A stretch of DNA of 64,000 nucleotides from Elusimicrobiota bacterium (GCA_044221725.1 JBGAON010000002.1:576001-640000); one strand, 5' to 3'; positions 9,391 through 19,824 are shown, numbered from the stretch's first letter. Made by a program: numbers and translations. Notes: generated by a model from the letters alone, not told the origin.

Positions 9391-11205
9391 TTGGCGAGCA
9401 CGTTTTTTGTCGCTGCAAACCTTTCGCTGGCGGGCACGCTCCCGACAAGCGTCACGGTTATTACACAAGCGGATCTCGTGTCGCGCAATATTTACTCGGT
9501 GGGCGACGCGTTACGCGATGTGCCGTCGCTCAAATTGGAACAAGACGGTTCCCGCGGCACACGGATCCGCCCAAAGATGCGCGGCCTGTCCTCCAGCAAC
9601 AACGTGCTCGTGCTGATCGACGGTCGCCCGCTTACGCACGAATACAACGCGGATGTCGATCTCACGCAAATTCCCGTCGGGATGGTGGACCGCATTGAAA
9701 TCACGCGCGGCGGCGCCCCCATTGCCTACAGCGCGCAAGCGATTGGCGGCACAATAAATATTGTGACGCTAAAGCCGGACCGCAAAGGACTCGTCACCGA
9801 TTTGGGTGCCGGCGTGGGCCGCAACGGCGAGAAAAATTTCATCGGAAAATTCCGTGGTCGTTCGAATTTGGGAGACCTCACGTACACGCCGTCCAACGAA
9901 GCGTCCGGCGGGTTCGCGGACAACGAAGATTTCGACACAAAGAATCACTTCGGTAATTACACGCGCTCGCTTAATGGCAAAGGTTACTGGGGTGCCGAAT
10001 ATATGTACCACGAATCGCGCGTTGGCGTTTCGAACGGCACGTTAATTCCGTTCAGCGATTGGAACGGACACCTGGAACAAAAATCCGCCACGCCGCAAGC
10101 GCAGCGCACGCAGAACATGCAAGACGTGCGCGCATTTCTCGCGCGGCCGCTCATCGCCGGGGGCACGACATACGCAACCTACACCCAAAGCTGGCGCACG
10201 AGCGACGATCGCGAATCGCGCGGCGGCACGTCGCTTCGGCACGAGGAGCACAGGACTTCGATTTTCGATTTGTCTTGGAAAAAGAAAGAAACCGAGATGG
10301 GACTGCAATTCCAGGAACTGAAGCGCAACGTTTACCCCGAAGACGACCATTACGCGTACACGAGCAGTCTTTTCGCAGCACGCGAATGGAACTTAGGATC
10401 CTTATTATTTAAGCCGGGGCTACGTTTTGATCACCATTCGCGCTCCGGCAGCTATTTTGCGCCACGCGCGGCCGTTGTCTACGAGGCGACACCCTCGTTA
10501 TCATTTTCGGCCACGGCGCAAGGCGCGCACCGCAATCCAAATTTTGATGAACTCTTCTCCTCAAGCACCGTAAAAAACAATCCGAACTTGAAAGACGAAA
10601 AGAGCGTGAACACCGACGTTGGTATCGACTGGTCGCCCAGCGATTACGTGGGAATCAAGTCGACGCTTTTCAATATTCATAAGAAAGATGTCATCGCGGC
10701 CGACGCGAATAACATTTATCAGAACGATGGTACCGAGAAGTCGCACGGCGTCGAAACGGAAGTGTCGCTTCGGCTCGGCAAAAACGACGCAAGGTTCTGG
10801 CTGTTCTCTGGAAATTGGACGGTTCAAAAGAGTCAACGCTCTCTCGCAACCACGAACGGTTATGTCGACGCCGCAATGTCGCCGCGGCAACTCGCGTTCT
10901 TAAAGATCGACAAACATTTGCGTCACAACATGGTTTTCACAAACGAAGTGCGTTACCAATCGGAGCAATTTGAAAGCGACAACAAGCAAGGCGAGCGAAT
11001 CCCAAGTTTTTACGTCTGGAATATGCGGTTTGCTGTTCGAATTTTGGCGGCCGATATGTACGTCGCAATGGACAACGTGACAAACCGCCGTTACGCCGAA
11101 GCGTTTGGACAAGCGCCGGTGGCGGGCGGGGGAACCACGACCGTTCTGTCTCCGCAACCGAACCGATCTTTTTGGACCGGCTTCTCGGTCCGTTTTCTAA
11201 ATTGA
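9391..11205 (+). CDS. TonB-dependent outer membrane receptor (BtuB-like); start uncertain
   Basis: Plug motifs SVTVIT..LRDVP..RG..VLVLIDG..IEITRG..AIGGTINIVT; amphipathic beta-strands; NVTNRRY near the C-terminus. Confidence 0.85.
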   Translation: MASTFFVAANLSLAGTLPTSVTVITQADLVSRNIYSVGDALRDVPSLKLEQDGSRGTRIRPKMRGLSSSNNVLVLIDGRPLTHEYNADVDLTQIPVGMVDRIEITRGGAPIAYSAQAIGGTINIVTLKPDRKGLVTDLGAGVGRNGEKNFIGKFRGRSNLGDLTYTPSNEASGGFADNEDFDTKNHFGNYTRSLNGKGYWGAEYMYHESRVGVSNGTLIPFSDWNGHLEQKSATPQAQRTQNMQDVRAFLARPLIAGGTTYATYTQSWRTSDDRESRGGTSLRHEEHRTSIFDLSWKKKETEMGLQFQELKRNVYPEDDHYAYTSSLFAAREWNLGSLLFKPGLRFDHHSRSGSYFAPRAAVVYEATPSLSFSATAQGAHRNPNFDELFSSSTVKNNPNLKDEKSVNTDVGIDWSPSDYVGIKSTLFNIHKKDVIAADANNIYQNDGTEKSHGVETEVSLRLGKNDARFWLFSGNWTVQKSQRSLATTNGYVDAAMSPRQLAFLKIDKHLRHNMVFTNEVRYQSEQFESDNKQGERIPSFYVWNMRFAVRILAADMYVAMDNVTNRRYAEAFGQAPVAGGGTTTVLSPQPNRSFWTGFSVRFLN

Positions 11206-11257
11206 CAATGCCGGGGAAACTTCATACGTATGTCGCTCCCATTTAAAAAAATCATAC

Positions 11258-12751
11258 ATGGCTAAAAAACAAAACTCGAAGACCCACCAAAACGGAACCA
11301 ACCAAGACAAAACGCCGCTGTTGGATACGCTGCTCTCGCACGCGCGCCGCAAAGTGATCTCGTTCCATACGCCCGGCCACAAAAACGGGAAAGGCGTCGA
11401 TAAAAAACTCGCGTCGTATGTGGGCCGAAACCTGTTCGCGCTCGACGTCACGGTTTTCCCCGAAGTTGATTCGCTGCACGACCCGACGGGCCCTATCCGG
11501 AAAGCGCAAACGCTCATGTCGCAGGCGTACGGCGTTGAACACTCTTTCTTTCTTGTGAACGGTTCGTCCGTTGGCAATATGGCCATGATCATGGCCGCCT
11601 GCCGGCCCGGCGAATCCATTATTATTTCTCGAAACGCGCACAAATCAACGCTGGGCGGTATTGTGCTGTCCGGTGTGTGGCCATTGTGGGTGCAGCCCAC
11701 CGTCGATCAGAATCTGGATATCCTTTTTGATTCAACGCCCGAGCAGATCGAAAAGACGCTGAAACAATTTCCGGAAGCAAAAGCCGTTTTTGTCACGAGC
11801 CCGACCTACAACGGCGTCACGACCAACCTCAAGAAAATTGCCGAAATCTGCCACGCGCGAGGAAAAGTGTTGCTTGTGGACGAAGCGCACGGCGCGCATT
11901 TGCACTTCAATCGCAATTTGCCCATGGATGCGATCCAGGCCGGTGCGGATTTGGTGGTTCAATCCACGCACAAAACACTTTCGGCGATTTCGCAGGGTTC
12001 GGTGCTTCACTTCAACTCAAAACTCTTGGACGTGAACCGGGTGAAGCGCATTGTGTCGATGCTTCAAACGACAAGCCCGAACTACCTCACTCTTTCCTCG
12101 CTCGACTTGGCGCGCTGGCAAATGGTTTCGCAGGGTGAGAAAATTCTCGACAAGTTAATTCAGAACACCGAACGGGCCCGGAGCGCGATCAATCATTTGA
12201 AAAATTTCTCGTGCATCACGCGCGCCGAAATTCAGGGCCGTGGATTTGATTTGGATTTGACGAAGCTCACCATCAACGTAACGCGCACCGGCTACGCGGG
12301 TCAGCACATTTCCGAAATCCTTGCGCACGAATTCAACATCCAGGTGGACGCTGCCGATCTCTTTAATCTTATTGCGATCACCGGCACAGGCACGGATCGA
12401 CACGACTTGGACGCCCTTGTGCGCGCGCTCGAGCAGATCGATCAAATGAAGCGCGGGGAAGCCCAGAATTGGGTGTTGAACATCCCATCGTTGTCGACCG
12501 AGCTCGTAATGAATCCCCGCGATGTGTTTTTATTGTACCGATCGAAACGTGTTCCGCTGCGTAAAGCGATAGGGCATATATCAGCTCAACCGCTCACACC
12601 GTACCCGCCGGGCATACCTGTCTTGATTCCTGGGGAACGTGTAACGCTTGAGATCGTTGAGTACCTCGAAGACTTGACCGAGCGCGCTGTCCGCGTGTCC
12701 GGCCAAGAGGCCGAAGCGCTCAAGACGGTCCGCGTTGTTGCCTCGCATTAA
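11258..12751 (+). CDS. PLP-dependent Orn/Lys/Arg decarboxylase (Bacillus SpeA-like)
   Basis: FHTPGHK, DEAHGAH, STHKT (PLP lysine), TTSPNY, PYPPGIP. Confidence 0.92.
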   Translation: MAKKQNSKTHQNGTNQDKTPLLDTLLSHARRKVISFHTPGHKNGKGVDKKLASYVGRNLFALDVTVFPEVDSLHDPTGPIRKAQTLMSQAYGVEHSFFLVNGSSVGNMAMIMAACRPGESIIISRNAHKSTLGGIVLSGVWPLWVQPTVDQNLDILFDSTPEQIEKTLKQFPEAKAVFVTSPTYNGVTTNLKKIAEICHARGKVLLVDEAHGAHLHFNRNLPMDAIQAGADLVVQSTHKTLSAISQGSVLHFNSKLLDVNRVKRIVSMLQTTSPNYLTLSSLDLARWQMVSQGEKILDKLIQNTERARSAINHLKNFSCITRAEIQGRGFDLDLTKLTINVTRTGYAGQHISEILAHEFNIQVDAADLFNLIAITGTGTDRHDLDALVRALEQIDQMKRGEAQNWVLNIPSLSTELVMNPRDVFLLYRSKRVPLRKAIGHISAQPLTPYPPGIPVLIPGERVTLEIVEYLEDLTERAVRVSGQEAEALKTVRVVASH

Positions 12752-12820
12752 GGATTTTTTGGTATTCTCCGCGCCCGAGTTAAGCGCTCGACGAAAAAAT
12801 AAACGCTAGGAAAAGGAACT

Positions 12821-13204
12821 ATGAAGAAGAAAGAAACAAAAGTCGCCACGAAAAAAGTGGTTGAACCCATTGAAGATGTGGAATTTTATAAGGAGAAACT
12901 CGAGCAAATGCGCGAGAATCTCCTAAAAACCGTCAAAAAGAAAAAAGAAGAGGCCATTCCCGAAGCGGAAGTTGGCGATGAAGGCGACGTGGCCATGCGG
13001 TCCTTGGCGCGCGATCTTGTTTTTGAACAAACCGACAACGAACACCGTCTGTTGGACGACGTGGAAGCCGCCCTCCGACGCATTGAAAAAGGCGTTTATG
13101 GCATTTGCGAAGGAAACGGCGAGAAAATTGCGATCGCCCGTCTGAAGGCTATTCCGTACGCTCGCTACTGCATCAACTGCCAAGCTCGCTTTGAACGCCA
13201 ATAA
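12821..13204 (+). CDS. dksA: DksA/TraR family transcription factor
   Basis: Coiled coil with DEGD tip, ALRRIEKGVYGIC..RL.AIP.ARYCINC. Confidence 0.85.
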   Translation: MKKKETKVATKKVVEPIEDVEFYKEKLEQMRENLLKTVKKKKEEAIPEAEVGDEGDVAMRSLARDLVFEQTDNEHRLLDDVEAALRRIEKGVYGICEGNGEKIAIARLKAIPYARYCINCQARFERQ

Positions 13205-13224
13205 GCGGCGGTCGTAGCGCATTT

Positions 13225-14706
13225 ATGCGGTTTTCCGCCTGTTCGCCAACCCAAATTCCCGCCAACAGCCATTTGATTCTCTTTGCGTTTGAAAAGGCAA
13301 AGAGACCGGTTGGTTCGTACGTGTACGGAAGCGTGGCCGACAAAGCGTTCGCCGAAGCGCAAAAAGACGGATTTCAAGGAAAGCCGAATCAAGTAACGAT
13401 TGTCTCGTCGTCTCAGCGTCCGTTTCGTCGCGTTGTTTGTGTTGGCCTGGGAACCGAAACCGACAGCAATCTCGATGCGTTGCGGCGCGCCACGTCTGTT
13501 GCGGCGCGGGCGGCATCGAGCATCAACGCGCAGACGCTTGTTTTAAAAGTACCTCCGCAGTTTGGCACGGCCGAAGAAAGCGCACAGGCGGTCGCCGAAG
13601 CAGTTTACCTGGGCCTGTACAAATTCTCCGGATTCCAATCGACCCCAGCTCAAAAGTCCAAGATCCAAGCCGTGTGGGTTGTTGCTAAAGACAAAGACGA
13701 GACGACGCAGATGTCGATCGGATTCAAGATGGGAGAAGCGTTCGGGGCATCCGTGTGCTACGCGCGCGATCTCATCAATCGTCCCCCGAGCGATACCACC
13801 CCGGAATTTATGACCGGAGAAGCAAAAAAGCTCGTTGGGAAACATATTTCGATAAAGATCTTCAATAAAGCGCAGATTCAGAAGATGGGAATGGGCGCCC
13901 TGCTGGGCGTGAACCGTGGAAGCCACGAGCCGCCTTATTTCTTGCATTTAACCTATCGCGGCGCCGGTGCGATCAAGAAGAAAATTGGTATTTGCGGCAA
14001 AGGCATCACGTTTGACTCCGGGGGGCTCTCTTTGAAGCCCGCAGGTTCAATGGAAACGATGAAATACGATATGTCGGGCGCTGCGTCGGTTTTCGCGGTG
14101 TTTCGCACGCTTGGTATTCTTAAACCCGCCGGCGTCGAAGTGCATGGCTTTACACCCTTGACCGAAAATATGCCGGGCGGCAGCGCTGTTAAACCGGGGG
14201 ATGTGTTGCGCACGATGCGCGGCAAAACAATCGAAGTTTTGAACACCGACGCCGAAGGACGTCTTATTCTTGCGGATGCACTTTCGTACGCGTCACGACA
14301 AGGGTTGGATGAAGTCTTTGATATTGCGACGCTCACGGGAGCTTGCGTGATTGCTCTCGGGAATCAGATTGTTGGACTCATGGGGAACAACGAAGCGTTA
14401 CTGAAACGCGTGAAAGAATCGGCCGCCAAAGCTGGCGAAAAAATTTGGGAATTGCCCCTCGATAAGGAATATTTGCCGCTCCTAAAAAGCAACGTCGCCG
14501 ATTTGAAAAATATTGGACCGGTCGGACAAGCAGGAACGATTATGGCCGGTTTGTTCTTAAAAGAGTTTGTCGATAAAGGTTTGCCGTGGGCGCACCTCGA
14601 CATTGCCTCAACGGGCTGGAGCAGCTCCACGACCGCCCTTTCCGATGTCGGCGCGACCGGCGTCATGATCCGCACACTTTTGCAGCACATTTTCTCTATC
14701 AACTAA
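13225..14706 (+). CDS. pepA: Leucyl aminopeptidase (M17)
   Basis: GKGITFDSGG, MKYDMSGAA, NTDAEGRL, HLDIA. Confidence 0.95.
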   Translation: MRFSACSPTQIPANSHLILFAFEKAKRPVGSYVYGSVADKAFAEAQKDGFQGKPNQVTIVSSSQRPFRRVVCVGLGTETDSNLDALRRATSVAARAASSINAQTLVLKVPPQFGTAEESAQAVAEAVYLGLYKFSGFQSTPAQKSKIQAVWVVAKDKDETTQMSIGFKMGEAFGASVCYARDLINRPPSDTTPEFMTGEAKKLVGKHISIKIFNKAQIQKMGMGALLGVNRGSHEPPYFLHLTYRGAGAIKKKIGICGKGITFDSGGLSLKPAGSMETMKYDMSGAASVFAVFRTLGILKPAGVEVHGFTPLTENMPGGSAVKPGDVLRTMRGKTIEVLNTDAEGRLILADALSYASRQGLDEVFDIATLTGACVIALGNQIVGLMGNNEALLKRVKESAAKAGEKIWELPLDKEYLPLLKSNVADLKNIGPVGQAGTIMAGLFLKEFVDKGLPWAHLDIASTGWSSSTTALSDVGATGVMIRTLLQHIFSIN

Positions 14707-14716
14707 AGGTCTCCAC

Positions 14717-15571
14717 ATGAAATTATCCGAAACAACCACCGAAACGAAAATTCTCACGATTGGTCACACACCCGATCCCGATGACGCGTACATGTTCTAT
14801 GGATTTGCGTCCGGTAAAACGCAAATTCCGGGTTTCGAAATCAAACATGTGCTCGAAGACATCGAAACACTGAACCGGCAAGCCATGCGCGCCGAAATTG
14901 ATGTCACGGCAATTTCGACCGCCGTTTATCCATTTCTGCAAAACAAATATTGGATTATGCCCACCGGCGCCAGCGTCGGCCGTAACTACGGTCCGATCGT
15001 TGTTCGAAAGGTGGGGAACCCAAATCCCGAAACAAAGAAGATCGGTATTCCCGGCAAAAACACCACCGCGTATTTGTTGCTGCGACTTTATTGTTCCGCC
15101 TATCAACCCGTGGAAATGCGGTTCGACCAAATTCCGCAGGCCGTCGCCCGTGGCGACGTTGACTACGGACTTTTGATTCACGAAGCGCAGCTCACGTTCG
15201 CTGAATACGGATTGGAAAAACTCGTCGATCTCGGCGTCGAATGGTCAAACGATACCCATTTGCCGATTCCTCTCGGTTTGGACGTCGTGCGCAAAGACCT
15301 GGGTCGCGATGTGGCGCTTCAGATTTGGAATGGCCTTAAGAACAGTATTCTCGAAGCCAACAAAGACAAAAGCGACGCCGTTGATTATGCGTTGAAATAC
15401 GGCCGTGGACTTCAAAAGAATCTCGGTGAAAAATTTGTCGGCATGTACGTGAACAACGACACGCTCGAGCTCGGCACCGAAGGGGAAACCGCGCTCAATC
15501 TTTTGTTCGACAAGGCTTATCGGGCCGGCATTTACTCGAAGCCGACCATCGTCGATATTTTGCGACCATAA
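14717..15571 (+). CDS. mqnD: 1,4-dihydroxy-6-naphthoate synthase (futalosine pathway)
   Basis: GHTPDPDDAYMFY, DIETLN, PGKNTTA, LLIHE, PIPLG, MYVN. Confidence 0.88.
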   Translation: MKLSETTTETKILTIGHTPDPDDAYMFYGFASGKTQIPGFEIKHVLEDIETLNRQAMRAEIDVTAISTAVYPFLQNKYWIMPTGASVGRNYGPIVVRKVGNPNPETKKIGIPGKNTTAYLLLRLYCSAYQPVEMRFDQIPQAVARGDVDYGLLIHEAQLTFAEYGLEKLVDLGVEWSNDTHLPIPLGLDVVRKDLGRDVALQIWNGLKNSILEANKDKSDAVDYALKYGRGLQKNLGEKFVGMYVNNDTLELGTEGETALNLLFDKAYRAGIYSKPTIVDILRP

Positions 15572-16791
15572 TGCTTTTCTCTGATTTCAATTTAGATCCC
15601 CGCCTTATGCGTGCAATCGAGGAACTCGGTTACACACAACCCACGCCGGTTCAAGAACACGCGATTCCTTTCGGATTGGAAGGTCACGACGTGCGTGCGT
15701 GCGCACAAACCGGTTCCGGAAAAACAATCGCTTTCACGTTACCGATTCTCCATCGCATGCTCACAAACCCGCCGGCCGGAAAACCGTCGGTGCTCATTGT
15801 GGTCCCAACGCGCGAATTGGCGGACCAGGTGGACAAAGTCGTTCGGGAAGCGGGAAAATTTGCCGGCATTCGGGGCGTTTCAATCGTTGGCGGCGCCAAT
15901 TTCGACAAACAAGTGCGCGCGATTCGCGGTGGTGCGCAAATCATTGCGGCGACCCCCGGACGATTGTTGGACCATCTGGAACAGCGCACGTTTAATTTGA
16001 AGCACATTCAAACGCTCGTATTCGATGAAGCTGACCGCATGCTCGATATGGGTTTTTTGCCCGACATTCGCCGCATCCTTGCGGTGTGCCCGCCAAAAAA
16101 ACAAACGATGTTGTTCTCGGCCACGTTTCCTCCAGAAATCCAAGCGCTTGTGACCCAATTCTTGCACGAACCGAAAACCGTGGATTTGTCACCATCGTTG
16201 CCATCATCAAATGTGGCGCAAATGATTTATCCGATCTCCCGCTCACAGAAGGAAGCGTTGCTGCAAGCGATCCTCGAAAACGCGAGCATCGCATCAAGTC
16301 TTATTTTTTGCCGCACAAAACACGGTGCGGATCACCTCGTTATGAAACTGAAGCAAATGGGGAAATCGGTTGGCGTCATTCATTCGAACAAAAGTCAAAC
16401 CGAGCGTTACGCGGCGATCGAAGGGTTCCGTAACAAGCAATTTCAAATTCTTGTGGCCACCGATATTGCGTCGCGCGGCATCGACATCAAAGACATTAGC
16501 CACGTGATCAATTTTGACGTCCCGCAACATCCCGAAGATTATGTGCACCGCATTGGTCGTACCGGTCGCGCCGAAGCCTCGGGGGACGCGTTCACGCTCG
16601 TCTCTCCGGACGAGGAACCGTACATCAAACGCATCGAAAAATTCATTAATAAGACGTTGCCGCGCGGGGTAATTCCAAATTTTCCTTACCTCGTGCAGCC
16701 ACAACTGATCACGAAACCAAAACCATTGTCCGAAAGTTTTGGAAAGTTTCGCCGTCGAATTCCCACTGGAAGCGCGCGCCGTTTTCGCTAA
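15571..16791 (+). CDS. DEAD-box RNA helicase (RhlE-like)
   Basis: PTPVQ, AQTGSGKT, PTRELA, TPGRL, DEAD, SAT, HRIGRTGR. Confidence 0.95.
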   Translation: MLFSDFNLDPRLMRAIEELGYTQPTPVQEHAIPFGLEGHDVRACAQTGSGKTIAFTLPILHRMLTNPPAGKPSVLIVVPTRELADQVDKVVREAGKFAGIRGVSIVGGANFDKQVRAIRGGAQIIAATPGRLLDHLEQRTFNLKHIQTLVFDEADRMLDMGFLPDIRRILAVCPPKKQTMLFSATFPPEIQALVTQFLHEPKTVDLSPSLPSSNVAQMIYPISRSQKEALLQAILENASIASSLIFCRTKHGADHLVMKLKQMGKSVGVIHSNKSQTERYAAIEGFRNKQFQILVATDIASRGIDIKDISHVINFDVPQHPEDYVHRIGRTGRAEASGDAFTLVSPDEEPYIKRIEKFINKTLPRGVIPNFPYLVQPQLITKPKPLSESFGKFRRRIPTGSARRFR

Positions 16792-16842
16792 TTCTCGCTC
16801 GAAGAAACCACAAATCTTTTCGTATTATCCTGCGTCCCACGT

Positions 16843-16972
16843 TGTCATTGCGAGCCCAGCATCAATAGAATTTAATGCTGGCGAAGCAATCCAATAACGC
16901 AGGGCATACTCGATCATAAGATTGCTTCGGCTCATTCATTAATTGTTTTTAAGGACGAGCCTCGCAATGACA
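16843..16972. repeat. Intergenic palindromic element (REP/RPE/MITE-like)
   Basis: Terminal inverted repeat TGTCATTGCGAG...CTCGCAATGACA plus internal CGAAGCAATC...GATTGCTTCG. Confidence 0.85.
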
Positions 16973-16982
16973 GGAGACGAAA

Positions 16983-17969
16983 ATGGCGCAAGACATACGA
17001 GCGATCAATGAAAAAGTCCGAAAAGAGAGCATCTTCATTGAGGAACTGTTCAACGAAATCGGCAAAGTCATCGTCGGTCAAAGATATGTTTTGGAGCGGT
17101 TGCTTGTGGGGCTGTTGGCCGACGGGCATATTTTATTGGAAGGTGTTCCCGGTCTCGCGAAAACATTGGCCGTAAAAACCATTGCGGACACCATCGACGC
17201 AAAATTTCAACGCGTGCAGTTCACACCCGACTTGCTTCCATCGGATCTCATTGGAACCATGGTTTACAACCCAAAATCCGGTGACTTCACAATGAAAAAA
17301 GGGCCGATTTTCGCGAATATCGTTTTGGCCGACGAAATCAACCGCGCACCAGCCAAAGTCCAATCCGCGTTGCTGGAAGCGATGCAGGAAAAACAAGTCA
17401 CGATTGGAGATACCACCCACGTTTTGCCTTCGCCGTTCCTCGTTCTTGCCACGCAAAACCCAATCGAGCAAGAAGGAACGTATCCGTTGCCAGAAGCACA
17501 AGTGGACAGGTTTATGCTCAAGCTTTCGATCACGTATCCGTCGCGTGAAGAGGAGCGCACCATTCTTGAAAAAAAATCAGGAACCGAGGAAAAAGTCCGC
17601 CAGATTATTACACCGCAACGTATTGAAGATGTGCGCTCGGTCGTCAGAGAGATCTACATGGATGACAAAATTAAGACCTATATTCTCGATCTTGTTTTTG
17701 CGACGCGCGATCCCGAACAATTCAATCTCAAAGAAATGAAGTCGCTGATATCGTACGGCGCGTCCCCACGCGCGACGATTGCGCTCGCGCTCGCTGCGAA
17801 GGCGTATGCGTTTATCAAAGGACGCGGTTACGTGACGCCCGAAGATGTGAAGTCCATCGGCCCCGATGTACTTCGGCACCGCATCATTCCAAGCTTTGAG
17901 GCGGAAGCCGAGAACAAAACGTCCGATCATTTGCTTCACCAGGTGTTTGATATCGTCGCCGTTCCTTAA
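16983..17969 (+). CDS. moxR: MoxR family AAA+ ATPase
   Basis: GVPGLAKT, RVQFTPDLLPSD, DEINRAPAKVQSALLEAM, ATQNPIEQEGTYPLPEAQVDRF. Confidence 0.95.
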   Translation: MAQDIRAINEKVRKESIFIEELFNEIGKVIVGQRYVLERLLVGLLADGHILLEGVPGLAKTLAVKTIADTIDAKFQRVQFTPDLLPSDLIGTMVYNPKSGDFTMKKGPIFANIVLADEINRAPAKVQSALLEAMQEKQVTIGDTTHVLPSPFLVLATQNPIEQEGTYPLPEAQVDRFMLKLSITYPSREEERTILEKKSGTEEKVRQIITPQRIEDVRSVVREIYMDDKIKTYILDLVFATRDPEQFNLKEMKSLISYGASPRATIALALAAKAYAFIKGRGYVTPEDVKSIGPDVLRHRIIPSFEAEAENKTSDHLLHQVFDIVAVP

Positions 17970-17992
17970 CCGTTTCGGCACGGACGCGCTGC

Positions 17993-18871
17993 ATGCTCAC
18001 ACCGGCAGAAATATTCTCGAAAACCCGACGCATTGAAATCCGAACGTCCCGTCTCGTCAACGAACTGTTCGGCGGCCGCTATCATTCCACGTTCAAAGGT
18101 CGCGGCGTCGAGTTTTCGGACGTGCGGGAATACATTCCCGGCGACGACGTCCGATCCATTCACTGGAATATCACGGCGCGCCTTGGAACTCCGTTTATCA
18201 AACGTTTCACCGAAGAACGCGAACTTACCATTCTCATCGCGGTGGATGTGTCCGCTTCCACGTCGTTCGGAACGCGCTCGCGACTAAAGTCCGAACTGGC
18301 CGCCGAATTGGTTTCGTTGCTGGCGTTTGCCGCGCTCAAAAACAACGACAAAGTTGGGCTCCTTTTGTTTTCCGACAAAATTGAAGAGTTTATTCCGCCC
18401 CGCAAATCCAAAAGCCACACGCTGCGTCTTGTGCGCGACGTTCTGGGATTCGTGCCCGAAGGAAAAGGCACCAACATCGACGGGGCGCTTGAGTATCTGA
18501 ACCGCGTTCAGAAGAAGCGGGCGATTGTATTTCTTATCTCGGATTTTCTTGACCACGATTTTGAACGGAGTCTCGGTATCACGCAACGGCGCCATGACAC
18601 CGTGGCGTTCGTGCTCGAAGACCCGATGGAAGCCGATTGGCCTTTGGCGAAGCGCTTGCTTTTGCAAGACGCGGAAACCCACGAACGAGGGCTCGCGGTC
18701 GGCAACGCGGCGTTCCGAGCGGATTTCGGCCGGTCCACTCAGCTTCAACGATCGCGACGCGACCGAATGTTTTCGAAAATCAATTTGGACCGTGTGGTGT
18801 TCCGGACGAACCAGGATTATGTGAGACCGCTGCTGCTGTTTTTTCAAGAGCGAGCGCGGAGGTTCCGTTGA
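17993..18871 (+). CDS. DUF58 domain protein
   Basis: GRGVEFSDVREYIPGDDVRSIHWNITAR, EERE, DVSAS, ISDF. Confidence 0.92.
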   Translation: MLTPAEIFSKTRRIEIRTSRLVNELFGGRYHSTFKGRGVEFSDVREYIPGDDVRSIHWNITARLGTPFIKRFTEERELTILIAVDVSASTSFGTRSRLKSELAAELVSLLAFAALKNNDKVGLLLFSDKIEEFIPPRKSKSHTLRLVRDVLGFVPEGKGTNIDGALEYLNRVQKKRAIVFLISDFLDHDFERSLGITQRRHDTVAFVLEDPMEADWPLAKRLLLQDAETHERGLAVGNAAFRADFGRSTQLQRSRRDRMFSKINLDRVVFRTNQDYVRPLLLFFQERARRFR

Positions 18872-19824
18872 GACTTCGAGCAGCTCCGGCAATTTGGTTG
18901 TTTTTAGGAATGGCACCCACCGCGTTCGCGCAGCCGTCTGTTGCAATTCGTGCGGAGGCAAACCCTCAGGAAATTTATGTGGGCGATCAAATTGCGTTTA
19001 ACTTGTTCGTCACGGTATCGAGCGATGTCGCCTGCGGGCCCGTGGCAACGTCAACCGCCATCGGCAACTTTGACGTTTTGGTCATCTCGTCGCCAACGGC
19101 AACCATCGACAAAGACGGCAAAACCACCAGCGCGTATCACTTTTTACTGACGACATTTTCAACCGGCACGCAGACCATTCCGCCCATCCCAATGCAATTT
19201 GCGATCGTGGGCGGGCCCGGGACAGAAACGACGACCGAACCGATCAATATTAAAGTTCGTTCGTTGCTTGAAGAAAAGGGAGACGAAGGCAACATTCGGC
19301 CGTTGAAAGGTTTGTTTGACTTCAAATCTTATTTCTGGCTGTGGGTATTGGCCGCGCTTGTTGGGACGGCACTGTTGCTCTGGTTGGGCTGGCGATGGAT
19401 CAAAATTCAGCGTGCTGGCGGCGTCGTGATTCCGGCAGTTCCACCGCGGCCCGCCGACCAAGTGGCGTGGGAAGCGATCACACACCTGGAGAACGAAAAC
19501 TTGGTCGCGGCCGGACAGACGAAGGAGTTTTATTATCGGTTGTCGGTGATCTTGCGCGAATATCTCGAAGCGCGGTATCAAATGTCCGCCATGGAAAAAA
19601 CGACCTCTGAGCTGCTGGCGGAATTTCGAAAACGCAGTTTCTCCATGACCATCACGCAATTGAGCCGCGACTTCTTTGACAGCGCGGATCTCGTGAAATT
19701 TGCGAAGTTCACGCCCTCTGCTGAAGACGTAGCGTCCGACCTGAACAAAGTGAAACAATTCATCACGTTCACAACGCCGCAGCAACAAGAGGCCGCTCCC
19801 GCAGAGGACAAAGTAACGTTATGA
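18868..19824 (+). CDS. Bat-operon membrane protein (BatD-like N-terminal domain plus TM)
   Basis: Likely TTG start overlapping the DUF58 stop. Signal peptide, beta-rich domain, TM, then FYYRLSVILREYLE..ADLVKFAKF. Confidence 0.75.
   Translation: MRLRAAPAIWLFLGMAPTAFAQPSVAIRAEANPQEIYVGDQIAFNLFVTVSSDVACGPVATSTAIGNFDVLVISSPTATIDKDGKTTSAYHFLLTTFSTGTQTIPPIPMQFAIVGGPGTETTTEPINIKVRSLLEEKGDEGNIRPLKGLFDFKSYFWLWVLAALVGTALLLWLGWRWIKIQRAGGVVIPAVPPRPADQVAWEAITHLENENLVAAGQTKEFYYRLSVILREYLEARYQMSAMEKTTSELLAEFRKRSFSMTITQLSRDFFDSADLVKFAKFTPSAEDVASDLNKVKQFITFTTPQQQEAAPAEDKVTL

Noticed and set aside
18637..18867. Long N-terminal extension of the 395-aa ORF
   Set aside because: Overlaps DUF58 by more than 230 nt; a TTG at 18868 gives a normal signal peptide.
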